A stretch of 23,433 nt of DNA from Bacteroidales bacterium (GCA_028282585.1 JANQHR010000048.1:1-23433); one strand, 5' to 3'; shown: positions 9,300 to 18,976, counted from the stretch's first letter. Made by a program: numbers and translations. Notes: generated by a model not told the origin, from the letters alone.

Positions 9300-9392
9300 A
9301 ATTCTTAAATATTGTTAAAATTCGCGAATTATAAACTTAACGTACGATTTTTGTGTTAGGTTTATGAATAATTTGATAAAAATGGAGACGAC

Positions 9393-11129
9393 ATGAGGGC
9401 AAAAGAATTTATTCTGGTTGTTTTGATAGCTATATCAATTTCCGGATGTAGCAGCCAAAAATTAGTAACAGAACAGAAGAAAGTAAATGTAAAAAAGGAG
9501 TTAAGTGAGAGTAAGCAGCAACAATATTATTACATTTTTATCGAAGCGAATAGGAAGAAATTATTAGGTGATTTCAATGGTGCATTAGCGTTATTTTATC
9601 AAAGCCTGGAAATAAATCCGGAAGGTGCAGGCGCTATGTCTGAGATATCTCAGATAAACCAAATAATGAAGAACTACGATACTGCTATTAAATATGCAAA
9701 ATCAGCTATAGAACATGGACCTGAAAATAAATGGTACAAAATAAATCTGGCTAAACTTTACATTTTAACTCAGAATTATCAAGGGGCTGCGGAAGTTTAC
9801 GAAGATGTCTATAAGGATCATAAAGAGGATCTGGAAATACCATATAATTTAGCAGCAATATATGGGCATTTAAAGAATTATAAACGGGCTATTGAACTGT
9901 ATGATGATATTGAAAATATAGCGGGTGTAAATGAAAGTCTTTCAATAGCAAAACAACAACTCTATTATTCTTTAGGCAATAAAACAAAAGCTTATGAGGA
10001 AATAGAAAAACTTATTAAACATTATCCGAATGAGCCTCGCTTTTACGGAATTATAGCCGAAATGTATACAAATGATAACCTTTTTATAAAAGCAGAGAAA
10101 AGTTATAATAAACTTTTTGAATTGGATAGTAACAGTACTTTGGGAATGCTTTCTATTATCGATTTTTATAGAAAGAAAATGGATTATGATAATGCCTTTA
10201 TAATGATTGAAAAAGTGATTAATAATGAAGGTATAGATTTCAATCAAAAGGTATTGGTTTTTGTATCGGTTATGAATAATCAGAGCGAATTTGGTATATA
10301 CAACCAGCAAATAAAAGATCAGTTAATAAAACTAAAAAATAGATATCCGGAGAAAAAAGACTCATATACTTTATATGCTGATTATTTAATAAAGATGAAC
10401 CTTTTAGATGATGCAAAACTGGAAATAGAGTATATTTTAAAAAACTTTGCGGGAAATGTTGTATTATGGGAACAACTTTTATCTATTTATAGTTTTAAAG
10501 CGGAATTTGATAACTTATATATAGAATCAAAAACCGCAATAGATAGTTTCCCAAAACATGCACTATTTTATCTATTTAATGGTGTAGCAGCGAATCAAAC
10601 AGAAAAACCGGCAGAAGCTATAGAAATATTAAAAAAAGGGCTAAAAGAGGTTAAAAACAATCCGGAATTGGAAATTGACTTTTATACTCATTTGGGGGAA
10701 GCATATTATAATAATAAACAATATAAGGAATCGGATTACTATTTTGAATTGGTTTTAAGCAAAGAACCAGACAATTTGCACGTTATGAATAATTATAGTT
10801 ATTATTTATCGTTGAGGGAGGAAAAACTGGAGTATGCAGAATCTTTAAGTAAGAAAACAATTCAGGCAGAGCCAAATAATGATACTTATCTTGATACATA
10901 TGCATGGATCTTATATAAATTAGGAAGGTATAACGAAGCATTATATTATATTGAGAAAGCGTTCGAAAATGGTGGGGCAAGTAGCGAAGTTATAGTTGAA
11001 CATTATGGCGATATTCAATTCAAAGTTGGAAATATAGAGGCGGCGATTGAGTTATGGAAAATGGCAAGAGAAATGGGAAATACAGATGAAGCTTTATTGC
11101 AAAAAATAGAAGGTAAAACACTAAATTAA
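9393..11129 (+). CDS. TPR-repeat lipoprotein
   Basis: Lipobox ISGC; many TPR helical pairs; C-terminal NNYSYYLS...YLDTYAWILYK...EHYGDI block. Confidence 0.88.
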   Translation: MRAKEFILVVLIAISISGCSSQKLVTEQKKVNVKKELSESKQQQYYYIFIEANRKKLLGDFNGALALFYQSLEINPEGAGAMSEISQINQIMKNYDTAIKYAKSAIEHGPENKWYKINLAKLYILTQNYQGAAEVYEDVYKDHKEDLEIPYNLAAIYGHLKNYKRAIELYDDIENIAGVNESLSIAKQQLYYSLGNKTKAYEEIEKLIKHYPNEPRFYGIIAEMYTNDNLFIKAEKSYNKLFELDSNSTLGMLSIIDFYRKKMDYDNAFIMIEKVINNEGIDFNQKVLVFVSVMNNQSEFGIYNQQIKDQLIKLKNRYPEKKDSYTLYADYLIKMNLLDDAKLEIEYILKNFAGNVVLWEQLLSIYSFKAEFDNLYIESKTAIDSFPKHALFYLFNGVAANQTEKPAEAIEILKKGLKEVKNNPELEIDFYTHLGEAYYNNKQYKESDYYFELVLSKEPDNLHVMNNYSYYLSLREEKLEYAESLSKKTIQAEPNNDTYLDTYAWILYKLGRYNEALYYIEKAFENGGASSEVIVEHYGDIQFKVGNIEAAIELWKMAREMGNTDEALLQKIEGKTLN

Positions 11130-11148
11130 AGTTTAGTTAATCAATAGT

Positions 11149-12342
11149 ATGAATACTCAAATTTTAAGATTACTAATTACTTCGTTAATTCTTTTCTTTG
11201 TTATTAATTGCGGTTTTTCCCAAACAAAAGAGGAGTTACAAACAGAAAAAAAGAAAACCGAGGAAGAACTTAAATTAACAAATCAACTTCTTGAACAAAC
11301 AGAGAAATCAAGAACGATAGGATTAAACAGGTTACTGATAATACAAAAAAGAATTAGTTTACGCGAAAAACTTATTAATGAAATTAGCATAGAAGTAAAC
11401 CTAATCGATGAGGAAATAGAGAAGAATAGAAATAATATTAAACGGCTAGAAACTGAACTTAAGCAATTAAAGGAAGAATATGCTAAAATGATTTATTTTG
11501 CTTATAAAAACAGAAGTAATTACGATCGTTTAATGTTTGTGTTGGCGGCAGAAGATTTTAATCAGGCTTACCGAAGAATGAAATATTTTCAGCAATATAC
11601 CAAGTATCGACAAAAACAAGCTGAAAAAATTGTTATTGCACAAAAAAATATTGAGTACGAAACAGAGCAGCTAACCGAAAAAAGAAATAGCAAAATAAGA
11701 CTTCTATCTAATAAAGAAAGGGAAAAGGCTAATCTAAGTGCTGAAAAGCTTAATAAAAATTCTGAAATTAACCGATTAAAACAAAAAGAGCAGGAGCTTA
11801 GGAAAAAAATTCAGGAGAAACAAAAAGCTATGGAGAAAATAAAAAATGCCATAGCAGAATTAATTGCAAGAGAAGCGAAGGAAAATAGAACATTTAAAAC
11901 CTTAACAGCAAGCGAAGAATTAATCTCTCAAGGATTTAAAAATGCAAAGGGTAAGTTGAAATGGCCAATCGAAAATGGAATTGTAATCAGAGGGTTTGGA
12001 CCTTATACACCGGAAGGATTAAAAGGAGTAAAAATGCATAACGATGGAATTGATATTAGTTCTGCGAAAGATGCAAAAGTTAAAGCGATATATGAAGGAG
12101 AAATAAAAAGAGTGATAGCGGTACCTGGAGCTAATATGGCAGTTATAATAAGGCACGGACATTATCTCACTTTATATACAAATATAGTTAATGTAAGAGT
12201 TAAACCTGGTGATAAAATATATGAGGGTCATTATATCGGAGATGTTTATGTAGACCAAGAAGAACGAAGTGCAACATTACACTTAGGTATTTATGAAGAA
12301 ACGCAAGTTTTAAATCCAAAAAACTGGCTTCGCAGAATGTAA
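11149..12342 (+). CDS. envC: EnvC-like murein hydrolase activator (coiled coil plus degenerate M23 domain)
   Basis: Signal peptide, long coiled coil, KGKLKWP, NDGIDI, IIRHG, TLH; canonical HxxxD/HxH zinc ligands are incomplete, as in EnvC. Confidence 0.82.
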   Translation: MNTQILRLLITSLILFFVINCGFSQTKEELQTEKKKTEEELKLTNQLLEQTEKSRTIGLNRLLIIQKRISLREKLINEISIEVNLIDEEIEKNRNNIKRLETELKQLKEEYAKMIYFAYKNRSNYDRLMFVLAAEDFNQAYRRMKYFQQYTKYRQKQAEKIVIAQKNIEYETEQLTEKRNSKIRLLSNKEREKANLSAEKLNKNSEINRLKQKEQELRKKIQEKQKAMEKIKNAIAELIAREAKENRTFKTLTASEELISQGFKNAKGKLKWPIENGIVIRGFGPYTPEGLKGVKMHNDGIDISSAKDAKVKAIYEGEIKRVIAVPGANMAVIIRHGHYLTLYTNIVNVRVKPGDKIYEGHYIGDVYVDQEERSATLHLGIYEETQVLNPKNWLRRM

Positions 12343-12359
12343 ATATTTCATAAAAAAGC

Positions 12360-12367
12360 TATCTTTG
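12360..12367 (+). promoter_or_regulatory. -7 element upstream of the RsbW-like/ybeY/mnmG block
   Basis: TATCTTTG matches TAnnTTTG. Confidence 0.55.
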
Positions 12368-12468
12368 AAAAATATAGGTTAAAAAACGTAACAAATTGAA
12401 AATATAGTAGTATACAACGTTAATTGTATAACTTTAAGAGAATTGACGTGCAAACAACGGTGGTAACA

Positions 12469-12867
12469 ATGGAAAAAAGCATTTTAATAGAGTCAAAAAT
12501 CGAAAATATTCACAAAATCGAAAAGATTATTGATGAAGTTTCGGAAGAGGCTAAAATAAACTCTGAAGTTTATGGCAAAATGTTAATTGCTACGGTCGAA
12601 GCAGTAAATAATTCCATAGTACACGGAAATAAGGAAGACGAAACAAAAACTGTTAAAGTCGATTTTAATGTTGATGAAGACTATATAAGTATTTTTATTG
12701 AAGATGAAGGACCAGGATTTAATTTCTACAACGTGCCTGACCCAACCACACCTGAAAACATTGAAAATATCCACGGGCGAGGAGTTTATCTAATGAAACA
12801 TTTAGCCGACGATGTAATTTTCCACGGAAAGGGTAATAGAGTGGAAATAAAATTCAATTTAAGATAA
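12469..12867 (+). CDS. RsbW/SpoIIAB-like GHKL ATP-binding protein (anti-sigma-type Ser/Thr kinase fold)
   Basis: N box EAVNNSIVHG, G1 DEGPGF, G2 GRGVYLM; ATG 12469 preferred over TTG 12424. Confidence 0.88.
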   Translation: MEKSILIESKIENIHKIEKIIDEVSEEAKINSEVYGKMLIATVEAVNNSIVHGNKEDETKTVKVDFNVDEDYISIFIEDEGPGFNFYNVPDPTTPENIENIHGRGVYLMKHLADDVIFHGKGNRVEIKFNLR

Positions 12868-12869
12868 AG

Positions 12870-13295
12870 ATGCCCATCAAGTTTTTTAACGAAGACACAA
12901 AATTCCAACTAAAAGAACGTACTAGATTAAAAAATTGGATAGAACAATCTATTCAAGAAGAAGGATTTATTTTAGGCGATATAAATTACATTTATACTTC
13001 AGATGATTATTTATTAAAAATAAATAAAGAATATCTTTCGCACGATTATTACACAGATATAGTAACATTTAATTATTGCGAAGAACCTGCAATTAATGGA
13101 GATATTTTTGTAAGTGTCGATACCATAAAAAACAATTCTGCTAGGTTTGATGTTTCATTTGTTGAAGAATTACACAGAGTAATGATTCACGGTGTACTTC
13201 ATTTAATTGGTTATGATGATCAAAATGATGAAGAAAAAGCCACAATGAGACAAAAAGAAAACTATTATTTAGAAAGATTAAAAAATCTTTTCTAA
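12870..13295 (+). CDS. ybeY: rRNA maturation endoribonuclease YbeY
   Basis: HDYYTDIVTF, GDIFVS, HRVMIHGVLHLIGYDD. Confidence 0.96.
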   Translation: MPIKFFNEDTKFQLKERTRLKNWIEQSIQEEGFILGDINYIYTSDDYLLKINKEYLSHDYYTDIVTFNYCEEPAINGDIFVSVDTIKNNSARFDVSFVEELHRVMIHGVLHLIGYDDQNDEEKATMRQKENYYLERLKNLF

Positions 13296-13323
13296 TTTTC
13301 CGAAAATTTTAAAATAGAAATTT

Positions 13324-15198
13324 ATGTTGCCAGAGTATGATGTTATTGTGGTAGGTGGTGGACATGCAGGATGCGAGGCGGCAGCAGCAGCTGCAAATAT
13401 GGGTTCAAAAACATTGCTAGTTACAATGGATATGACAAAATATGCACAGATGTCATGTAATCCGGCTATGGGAGGAATTGCAAAAGGGCAAATTGTAAAG
13501 GAGATTGATGCATTAGGTGGCTATTCGGCAATCGTTACGGATAAAAGTATGATTCAGTTTAGAATGCTGAATCGCTCCAAAGGTCCGGCAATGTGGAGTC
13601 CAAGAGCTCAGTGTGACAGAATGATTTTTTCAAATGAATGGAGAAATATTTTAGAGAATATTGAACATTTGGATTTATGGCAGGATTTGGTTACTGAACT
13701 AATAATAGAAAAGGATAAAGTAAAAGGAGTAATAACCAAACTAGGAATAAAGTTCTTATCAAATACAGTTATACTAACAAATGGAACTTTTCTGAATGGT
13801 TTAATGCATGTAGGAAAAAAGCAGGTTGAAGGTGGCCGGGCAGGAGAAGCTTCATCAAAAGGTATTTCAGAGCAATTAGAAAAGTTTGGTTTCGAAGTTG
13901 GTAGAATGAAAACAGGAACTCCTGCACGCATTGATGCAAGAAGTATTGATTTTTCAAAAGTACAAGAGCAAAAAGGTGATGAAGAAGGAGGGCAATTTTC
14001 TTTTCTAGAGCATGATTTTATGGTTCAGAATAATAAATCTTGTTTTATAACTTATACAGATACAGAAGTTCACAGCATTTTAGAAACAGGTTTTAAAGAA
14101 TCTCCATTATTTAATGGAACCATTAATGGAGTTGGGCCACGATATTGTCCGAGTATTGAAGATAAGATTGTGACTTTTGCTGAAAAGGAAAAACATCAGC
14201 TGTTTTTGGAACCGGAAGGTCACACGACAAATGAATATTACATTAATGGGTTTTCATCTTCATTACCATGGGAGATTCAATTAAAAGCGTTAAAGAAAAT
14301 CCCGGGATTAGAAAACGTAAAAATATATCGACCTGGTTATGCGATTGAATATGATTATTATCCTCCAACTCAGTTAAACCATACGCTGGAAACAAAGAAT
14401 ATTAAGAATCTTTATTTCGCTGGTCAGATAAATGGAACTACAGGATATGAAGAGGCGGCAGCACAAGGAATGATGGCTGGTATAAATGCCAGCTTAAAGG
14501 TTTCAAAAAAGGATGAGTTTGTATTAAATAGAGATCAGGCATATATTGGTGTTTTAATTGATGATTTGGTTACGAAAGGTGTTGATGAACCATATCGTAT
14601 GTTTACTTCTAGAGCGGAGTATCGAATACTATTAAGACAAGATAATGCAGACCTTAGGTTAACAGAATTGTCTTTCAAGATGGGTTTAGCAAAGAAGGAA
14701 CGATTTGAATTACTCAAGAAAAAAATCGAAGCACGGGATGGAATCATTTCTTTTGTTAAAAGCACAAGTATTGCACCCGAAGAGATCAATCCTTATTTGG
14801 AATCTGCGAAAACAACCCCGCTAAAGCAAAAAAGAAAACTGTTGGATATCGTTTTGAGACCACAGGTAAAACTGGGTGAGATTATTGATAAGGTAGAAGA
14901 ATTAAAATGCCAGGTAGAAAAAATAAAATATAAGAAGGAAGAGATTATAGAGTCGGCAGAGGTTCTAATAAAATACTCTGGCTATATTGAGAGGGAGCAA
15001 CAAATGGCAGATAAATTAAAAAGGTTGGAGTATATTAAGATATCGGACAACTTTAATTACGATGAAATATCATCTTTATCAACCGAAGGAAGGCAAAAAC
15101 TTAAAAACATACAACCAAAGAGTATTGGTCAGGCAGCACGTATAAGTGGCGTTTCACCTTCTGATATAAGTGTGTTGTTGGTGTATATGGGTCGTTAA
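13324..15198 (+). CDS. mnmG: tRNA uridine-5-carboxymethylaminomethyl modification enzyme MnmG (GidA)
   Basis: [67 protein letters not shown]. Confidence 0.98.
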   Translation: MLPEYDVIVVGGGHAGCEAAAAAANMGSKTLLVTMDMTKYAQMSCNPAMGGIAKGQIVKEIDALGGYSAIVTDKSMIQFRMLNRSKGPAMWSPRAQCDRMIFSNEWRNILENIEHLDLWQDLVTELIIEKDKVKGVITKLGIKFLSNTVILTNGTFLNGLMHVGKKQVEGGRAGEASSKGISEQLEKFGFEVGRMKTGTPARIDARSIDFSKVQEQKGDEEGGQFSFLEHDFMVQNNKSCFITYTDTEVHSILETGFKESPLFNGTINGVGPRYCPSIEDKIVTFAEKEKHQLFLEPEGHTTNEYYINGFSSSLPWEIQLKALKKIPGLENVKIYRPGYAIEYDYYPPTQLNHTLETKNIKNLYFAGQINGTTGYEEAAAQGMMAGINASLKVSKKDEFVLNRDQAYIGVLIDDLVTKGVDEPYRMFTSRAEYRILLRQDNADLRLTELSFKMGLAKKERFELLKKKIEARDGIISFVKSTSIAPEEINPYLESAKTTPLKQKRKLLDIVLRPQVKLGEIIDKVEELKCQVEKIKYKKEEIIESAEVLIKYSGYIEREQQMADKLKRLEYIKISDNFNYDEISSLSTEGRQKLKNIQPKSIGQAARISGVSPSDISVLLVYMGR

Positions 15199-15214
15199 TG
15201 TTCCACGTGGAACA
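15199..15214. promoter_or_regulatory. parS centromere site (ParB binding) 1
   Basis: Perfect 16-bp palindrome TGTTCCACGTGGAACA matching the universal parS consensus. Confidence 0.92.
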
Positions 15215-15232
15215 CGGCTAAAATTATTAATC

Positions 15233-15248
15233 TGTTCCACGTGGAACA
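15233..15248. promoter_or_regulatory. parS centromere site (ParB binding) 2
   Basis: Second identical TGTTCCACGTGGAACA, 18 bp after the first. Confidence 0.92.
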
Positions 15249-15261
15249 TTAACTAAACTTT

Positions 15262-16896
15262 ATGATGAAAGAATTTTCTGTTTCGGGAAAGCTAGTAGAT
15301 GTGTTAGCGCGTCGAATATATAATGCAACTGTTAACATTGAAAATTCTCGAATTGTTGATATACAGGAGTCAGAGAAAGACTATGATAATTTTATTATCC
15401 CAGGGCTTGTTGATGCTCACGTTCATATCGAAAGTTCAATGCTAATACCAACAAGCTTTGCTCGCGCGGCGGTTAAAAGTGGAACTGTAGCAACGGTTTC
15501 AGATCCGCACGAAATAGCTAACGTTATGGGTGTTGCCGGTGTACATTACATGATAGAAAACGGAAAAAAATCACCTTTTAAGTTTTATTTTGGTGCACCA
15601 TCATGTGTTCCAGCTACACCGTTTGAAACTTCAGGAGCAATTATAAGTGCAGAGGAAATTAAGAGCTTAATGGCAAATAAGGATATTTATTATTTAGCGG
15701 AAATGATGAATTTTCCCGGTGTAATTTATAATGATGAAGAGGTATTAAAAAAAATAAAATATGCCCGTGGGGTGAATAAGCCTATCGACGGTCATGCTCC
15801 CGGATTATCAGGAGAAGGTTTGGAAAAATATGCAGCCCAAAATATTACTACGGACCACGAGAGCACAACTATTGAAGAAGCAATTAATAAAATAGAAAAG
15901 GGAATTAAAATACAAATTCGTGAGGGTAGTGCAGCAAAAGACTTTGAAAACTTATTTTCTCTTTTAAATTCTCATCCTGATAAGGTAATGTTTTGTACAG
16001 ATGATTGCCATCCAGATGATTTAATAAAAGGACATATCAATAAAATAATTAGCAGAGCTATTAAGAAAGGAGCTGATTTATTCGATGTGCTTTCAGCTGC
16101 AACTAAAAATCCAAAGGAGCATTATAATTTAAACACCGGATTACTTCAAGTTGGCGATGCAGCGGACTTTATCATTGTAAAAGACCTGGAAAACTTTGAT
16201 GTGCTCCAAACATATATAGATGGAGAACCGGTTTTTAAAGATGCGAAAGTACTTTTAAAAAAGATAGAAGAAAAACCAATAAATAATTTCAGTTGTAAAC
16301 CAATATCTATTTCTGACATTAAAGTTAAATCGGAAGGAAACAAAATTAAGGTAATTGTAGCAAATGATGGAGATCTTTTAACAGGAAAAGAGGTCATTCA
16401 ACCAACTATTGAAAACGGTAAAATTATTAGTGACATCAATAAAGATATTTTAAAAATTGTTGTTGTAAACCGTTACAGGGATTCAGAACCTCAGGTAGGA
16501 TTTATAAAGAATTTCAACTTAAAACAAGGAGCTATAGCAGGTAGTATTGCTCACGATAGTCATAATATTATATGCGTTGGAACAAATGATGGGGATATGG
16601 TGAAGGCAATAAACCAAATAATCGAAAGTGAAGGAGGAATTGTGGCTGTAAACGGAATGAATGTAAAATCATTAAAGCTAAATGTTGCCGGATTAATGTC
16701 AACAGAAGAAGCTGAAGAAGTTGCAAGAAAATACCAGGAAGTTCATGATATGGCAAAAAGTTTAGGATCTAATTTAACGGCCCCTTTTATGACAATGGCT
16801 TTTATGGCTTTGCTGGTAATACCCGAATTAAAAATTGGTGATAAAGGATTGTTTGATGTTTCAAAGTTTGAATTTACTTCGTTATTTATGGAATAA
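15262..16896 (+). CDS. ade: Adenine deaminase
   Basis: DAHVHIESS, SDPHEIANV, IDGHAPGL, TDHE, REGSAAK, TDD, AHDSHN. Confidence 0.95.
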   Translation: MMKEFSVSGKLVDVLARRIYNATVNIENSRIVDIQESEKDYDNFIIPGLVDAHVHIESSMLIPTSFARAAVKSGTVATVSDPHEIANVMGVAGVHYMIENGKKSPFKFYFGAPSCVPATPFETSGAIISAEEIKSLMANKDIYYLAEMMNFPGVIYNDEEVLKKIKYARGVNKPIDGHAPGLSGEGLEKYAAQNITTDHESTTIEEAINKIEKGIKIQIREGSAAKDFENLFSLLNSHPDKVMFCTDDCHPDDLIKGHINKIISRAIKKGADLFDVLSAATKNPKEHYNLNTGLLQVGDAADFIIVKDLENFDVLQTYIDGEPVFKDAKVLLKKIEEKPINNFSCKPISISDIKVKSEGNKIKVIVANDGDLLTGKEVIQPTIENGKIISDINKDILKIVVVNRYRDSEPQVGFIKNFNLKQGAIAGSIAHDSHNIICVGTNDGDMVKAINQIIESEGGIVAVNGMNVKSLKLNVAGLMSTEEAEEVARKYQEVHDMAKSLGSNLTAPFMTMAFMALLVIPELKIGDKGLFDVSKFEFTSLFME

Positions 16897-18698
16897 TGAA
16901 AAGCACTCAAAAGAATAAATTTAAACCAATTCTTGCAGTACTTCCGGATAGTCCGGGAATTTATCAATTCTATAATTCAAATAATGATATTATATATGTT
17001 GGTAAGGCAAAGAATCTTAAAAAGAGAGTATCTTCTTATTTTACAAAAGATCACTATGAAAATAATAAGGTAAAGGTTCTTGTTAGTAAAATAGACAGAA
17101 TTGAATATATTGTTGTGCAAACAGAAACCGATGCACTTTTATTAGAAAATAATCTTATCAAAAAATATCATCCGCGTTATAATGTAATGTTAAAGGATGA
17201 TAAAACGTATCCATGGATTTGCGTAAAAAAAGAACACTTTCCACGAGTGTTTTACACAAGAAATATTACCAATGATGGATCAATGTATTTAGGGCCTTAT
17301 ACATCTGTTCATATGGTAAAAGTTTTGCTAGATTTAGTTAAGCAATTATATCCTTTGAGAAATTGTAATTTAAACCTTTCTCCTGAAAATATTGCAAAAA
17401 AAAACTATAAACCATGCTTGGAATATCATGTTGGAAACTGTTTGGCTCCATGTATTGGTTTGCAAACGGAGAATGATTATAATGAATCTATAACCAACAT
17501 TAAAAAAATACTCAGAGGAAATATTCAGGAAGTAATCATCTATTTAAATGATTTAATGAAAAAATATTCTGAAGAAGTAAAGTTCGAAGAAGCACAGTTG
17601 GTCAAAGAAAAAATCGAAATATTAGAAAAGTATAAAAGTAAATCAAGTGTTGTTAGTGCCAGTTTAAATAATGTTGATGTTTTTAATATTCTGGATGACA
17701 ATAATTTCGCTTATGTTAATTTCTTAAAAGTTGTAGAAGGAAGAATTGTTCAAGCTCATACGCTTGAATTAAAGAAAAAGCTGGACGAAAGTATTGAGGA
17801 TCTTTTGGTTCTTGCTATAATAGAAATACGTGAGCGATTGCAAAGTACTGCAAAAGAGCTTATCATACCTTTTAATGTAGAACTAGAAGAAGTAAAAATC
17901 TCCGTACCTATTAGAGGTGAAAAAAAGTCTTTACTTGAATTATCAGAAAGAAATCTAAAATATTATCGTCTTGAAAAGCAGAAAAGGTCTGAAAAGAAAA
18001 AGGAGAAACATTCAGGTAAAAGGCTCTTGGAGGTTATTAAAAAAGACTTGAATTTATCGACACTTCCAGAACATATAGAATGTTTTGACAATAGTAATAT
18101 TCAAGGAACAAACCCTGTAGCTGCATGTGTTGTATTCAAAAATGCCAAACCTAGTACTAAAGAATATCGCCATTATAATATCAAGACTGTAAAAGGTCCT
18201 GATGATTTTGCTTCCATGGAAGAGGTTGTTTATAGAAGATATAAAAGACTAATTGATGAAAAGAAAAGTTTACCCCAACTTATTGTTATAGATGGCGGAA
18301 AGGGACAGTTGAACGCGGCATTAAAAAGTTTAGAAAAACTGAATATTAAAGAAAATATTTCTATAATCGGAATAGCTAAAAGATTAGAAGAAATTTATTA
18401 TCCGAACGATCCAATTCCATTATATCTTGATAAGAATTCTGAATCATTAAAAGTTATTCAACATATTAGAAATGAAGCCCATCGATTTGGAATTAAGTTT
18501 CATAGAAACAAACGTTCAGGAAACTTTATTAAAAGTGAATTAGAAGATATTCCAGGAATTGGTTCAAAAACAATTGACGTGCTATTGACAAAATTTAAAA
18601 CAATAAAAAAAATACAGAGTTTGTCTATGGATGAAATTTCGGCCGAAATTGGTAACACGAAAGCAAAATTGTTGTTTCAGTATTTTAATAAGTTGTAA
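16896..18698 (+). CDS. uvrC: Excinuclease ABC subunit C
   Basis: GIY-YIG (PGIYQF..YVGKAKNLKKRV), Cys cluster, ECFDNS, IDGGKGQ, HhH IPGIG; TAATG overlap with the ade stop. Confidence 0.98.
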   Translation: MKSTQKNKFKPILAVLPDSPGIYQFYNSNNDIIYVGKAKNLKKRVSSYFTKDHYENNKVKVLVSKIDRIEYIVVQTETDALLLENNLIKKYHPRYNVMLKDDKTYPWICVKKEHFPRVFYTRNITNDGSMYLGPYTSVHMVKVLLDLVKQLYPLRNCNLNLSPENIAKKNYKPCLEYHVGNCLAPCIGLQTENDYNESITNIKKILRGNIQEVIIYLNDLMKKYSEEVKFEEAQLVKEKIEILEKYKSKSSVVSASLNNVDVFNILDDNNFAYVNFLKVVEGRIVQAHTLELKKKLDESIEDLLVLAIIEIRERLQSTAKELIIPFNVELEEVKISVPIRGEKKSLLELSERNLKYYRLEKQKRSEKKKEKHSGKRLLEVIKKDLNLSTLPEHIECFDNSNIQGTNPVAACVVFKNAKPSTKEYRHYNIKTVKGPDDFASMEEVVYRRYKRLIDEKKSLPQLIVIDGGKGQLNAALKSLEKLNIKENISIIGIAKRLEEIYYPNDPIPLYLDKNSESLKVIQHIRNEAHRFGIKFHRNKRSGNFIKSELEDIPGIGSKTIDVLLTKFKTIKKIQSLSMDEISAEIGNTKAKLLFQYFNKL

Positions 18699-18942
18699 AT
18701 CAACAATTAAAGATGGCGTTTTTATAATATTATCCTTGTATAGATTCTGTTTGAATTATTACAGAAAGTAATTGGTTTTAACTTCAATAAAATTAGCAAA
18801 TAAAAGCACATATATTTAGAATTTATCACCTTTGGATTTCAATAATTGTTATTAGATTGTACAATTAGTATGGGTATCAAATTTTAATAAGTATAATTAT
18901 TAAAATATCTGATAAGAAAGATTTTGTTTTTATTAAATCAGC

Positions 18943-18950
18943 TATCTTTG
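18943..18950 (+). promoter_or_regulatory. -7 element upstream of DUF4271-hemD
   Basis: TATCTTTG(CA) matches TAnnTTTG, embedded in an inverted repeat. Confidence 0.65.
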
Positions 18951-18976
18951 CAGCTGATTTGAAAACAGAATCTTTT

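Noticed and set aside
15198-15221. Micro-ORF MFHVEHG overlapping the mnmG stop (TAATG)
   Set aside because: It is simply the translation of the parS palindrome, with no independent evidence of coding function.
15199-15248. The two 16-bp repeats as a mini-CRISPR or an invertible segment
   Set aside because: Repeats and the 18-bp spacer are too short, there is no cas or recombinase gene, and the exact parS match explains them.
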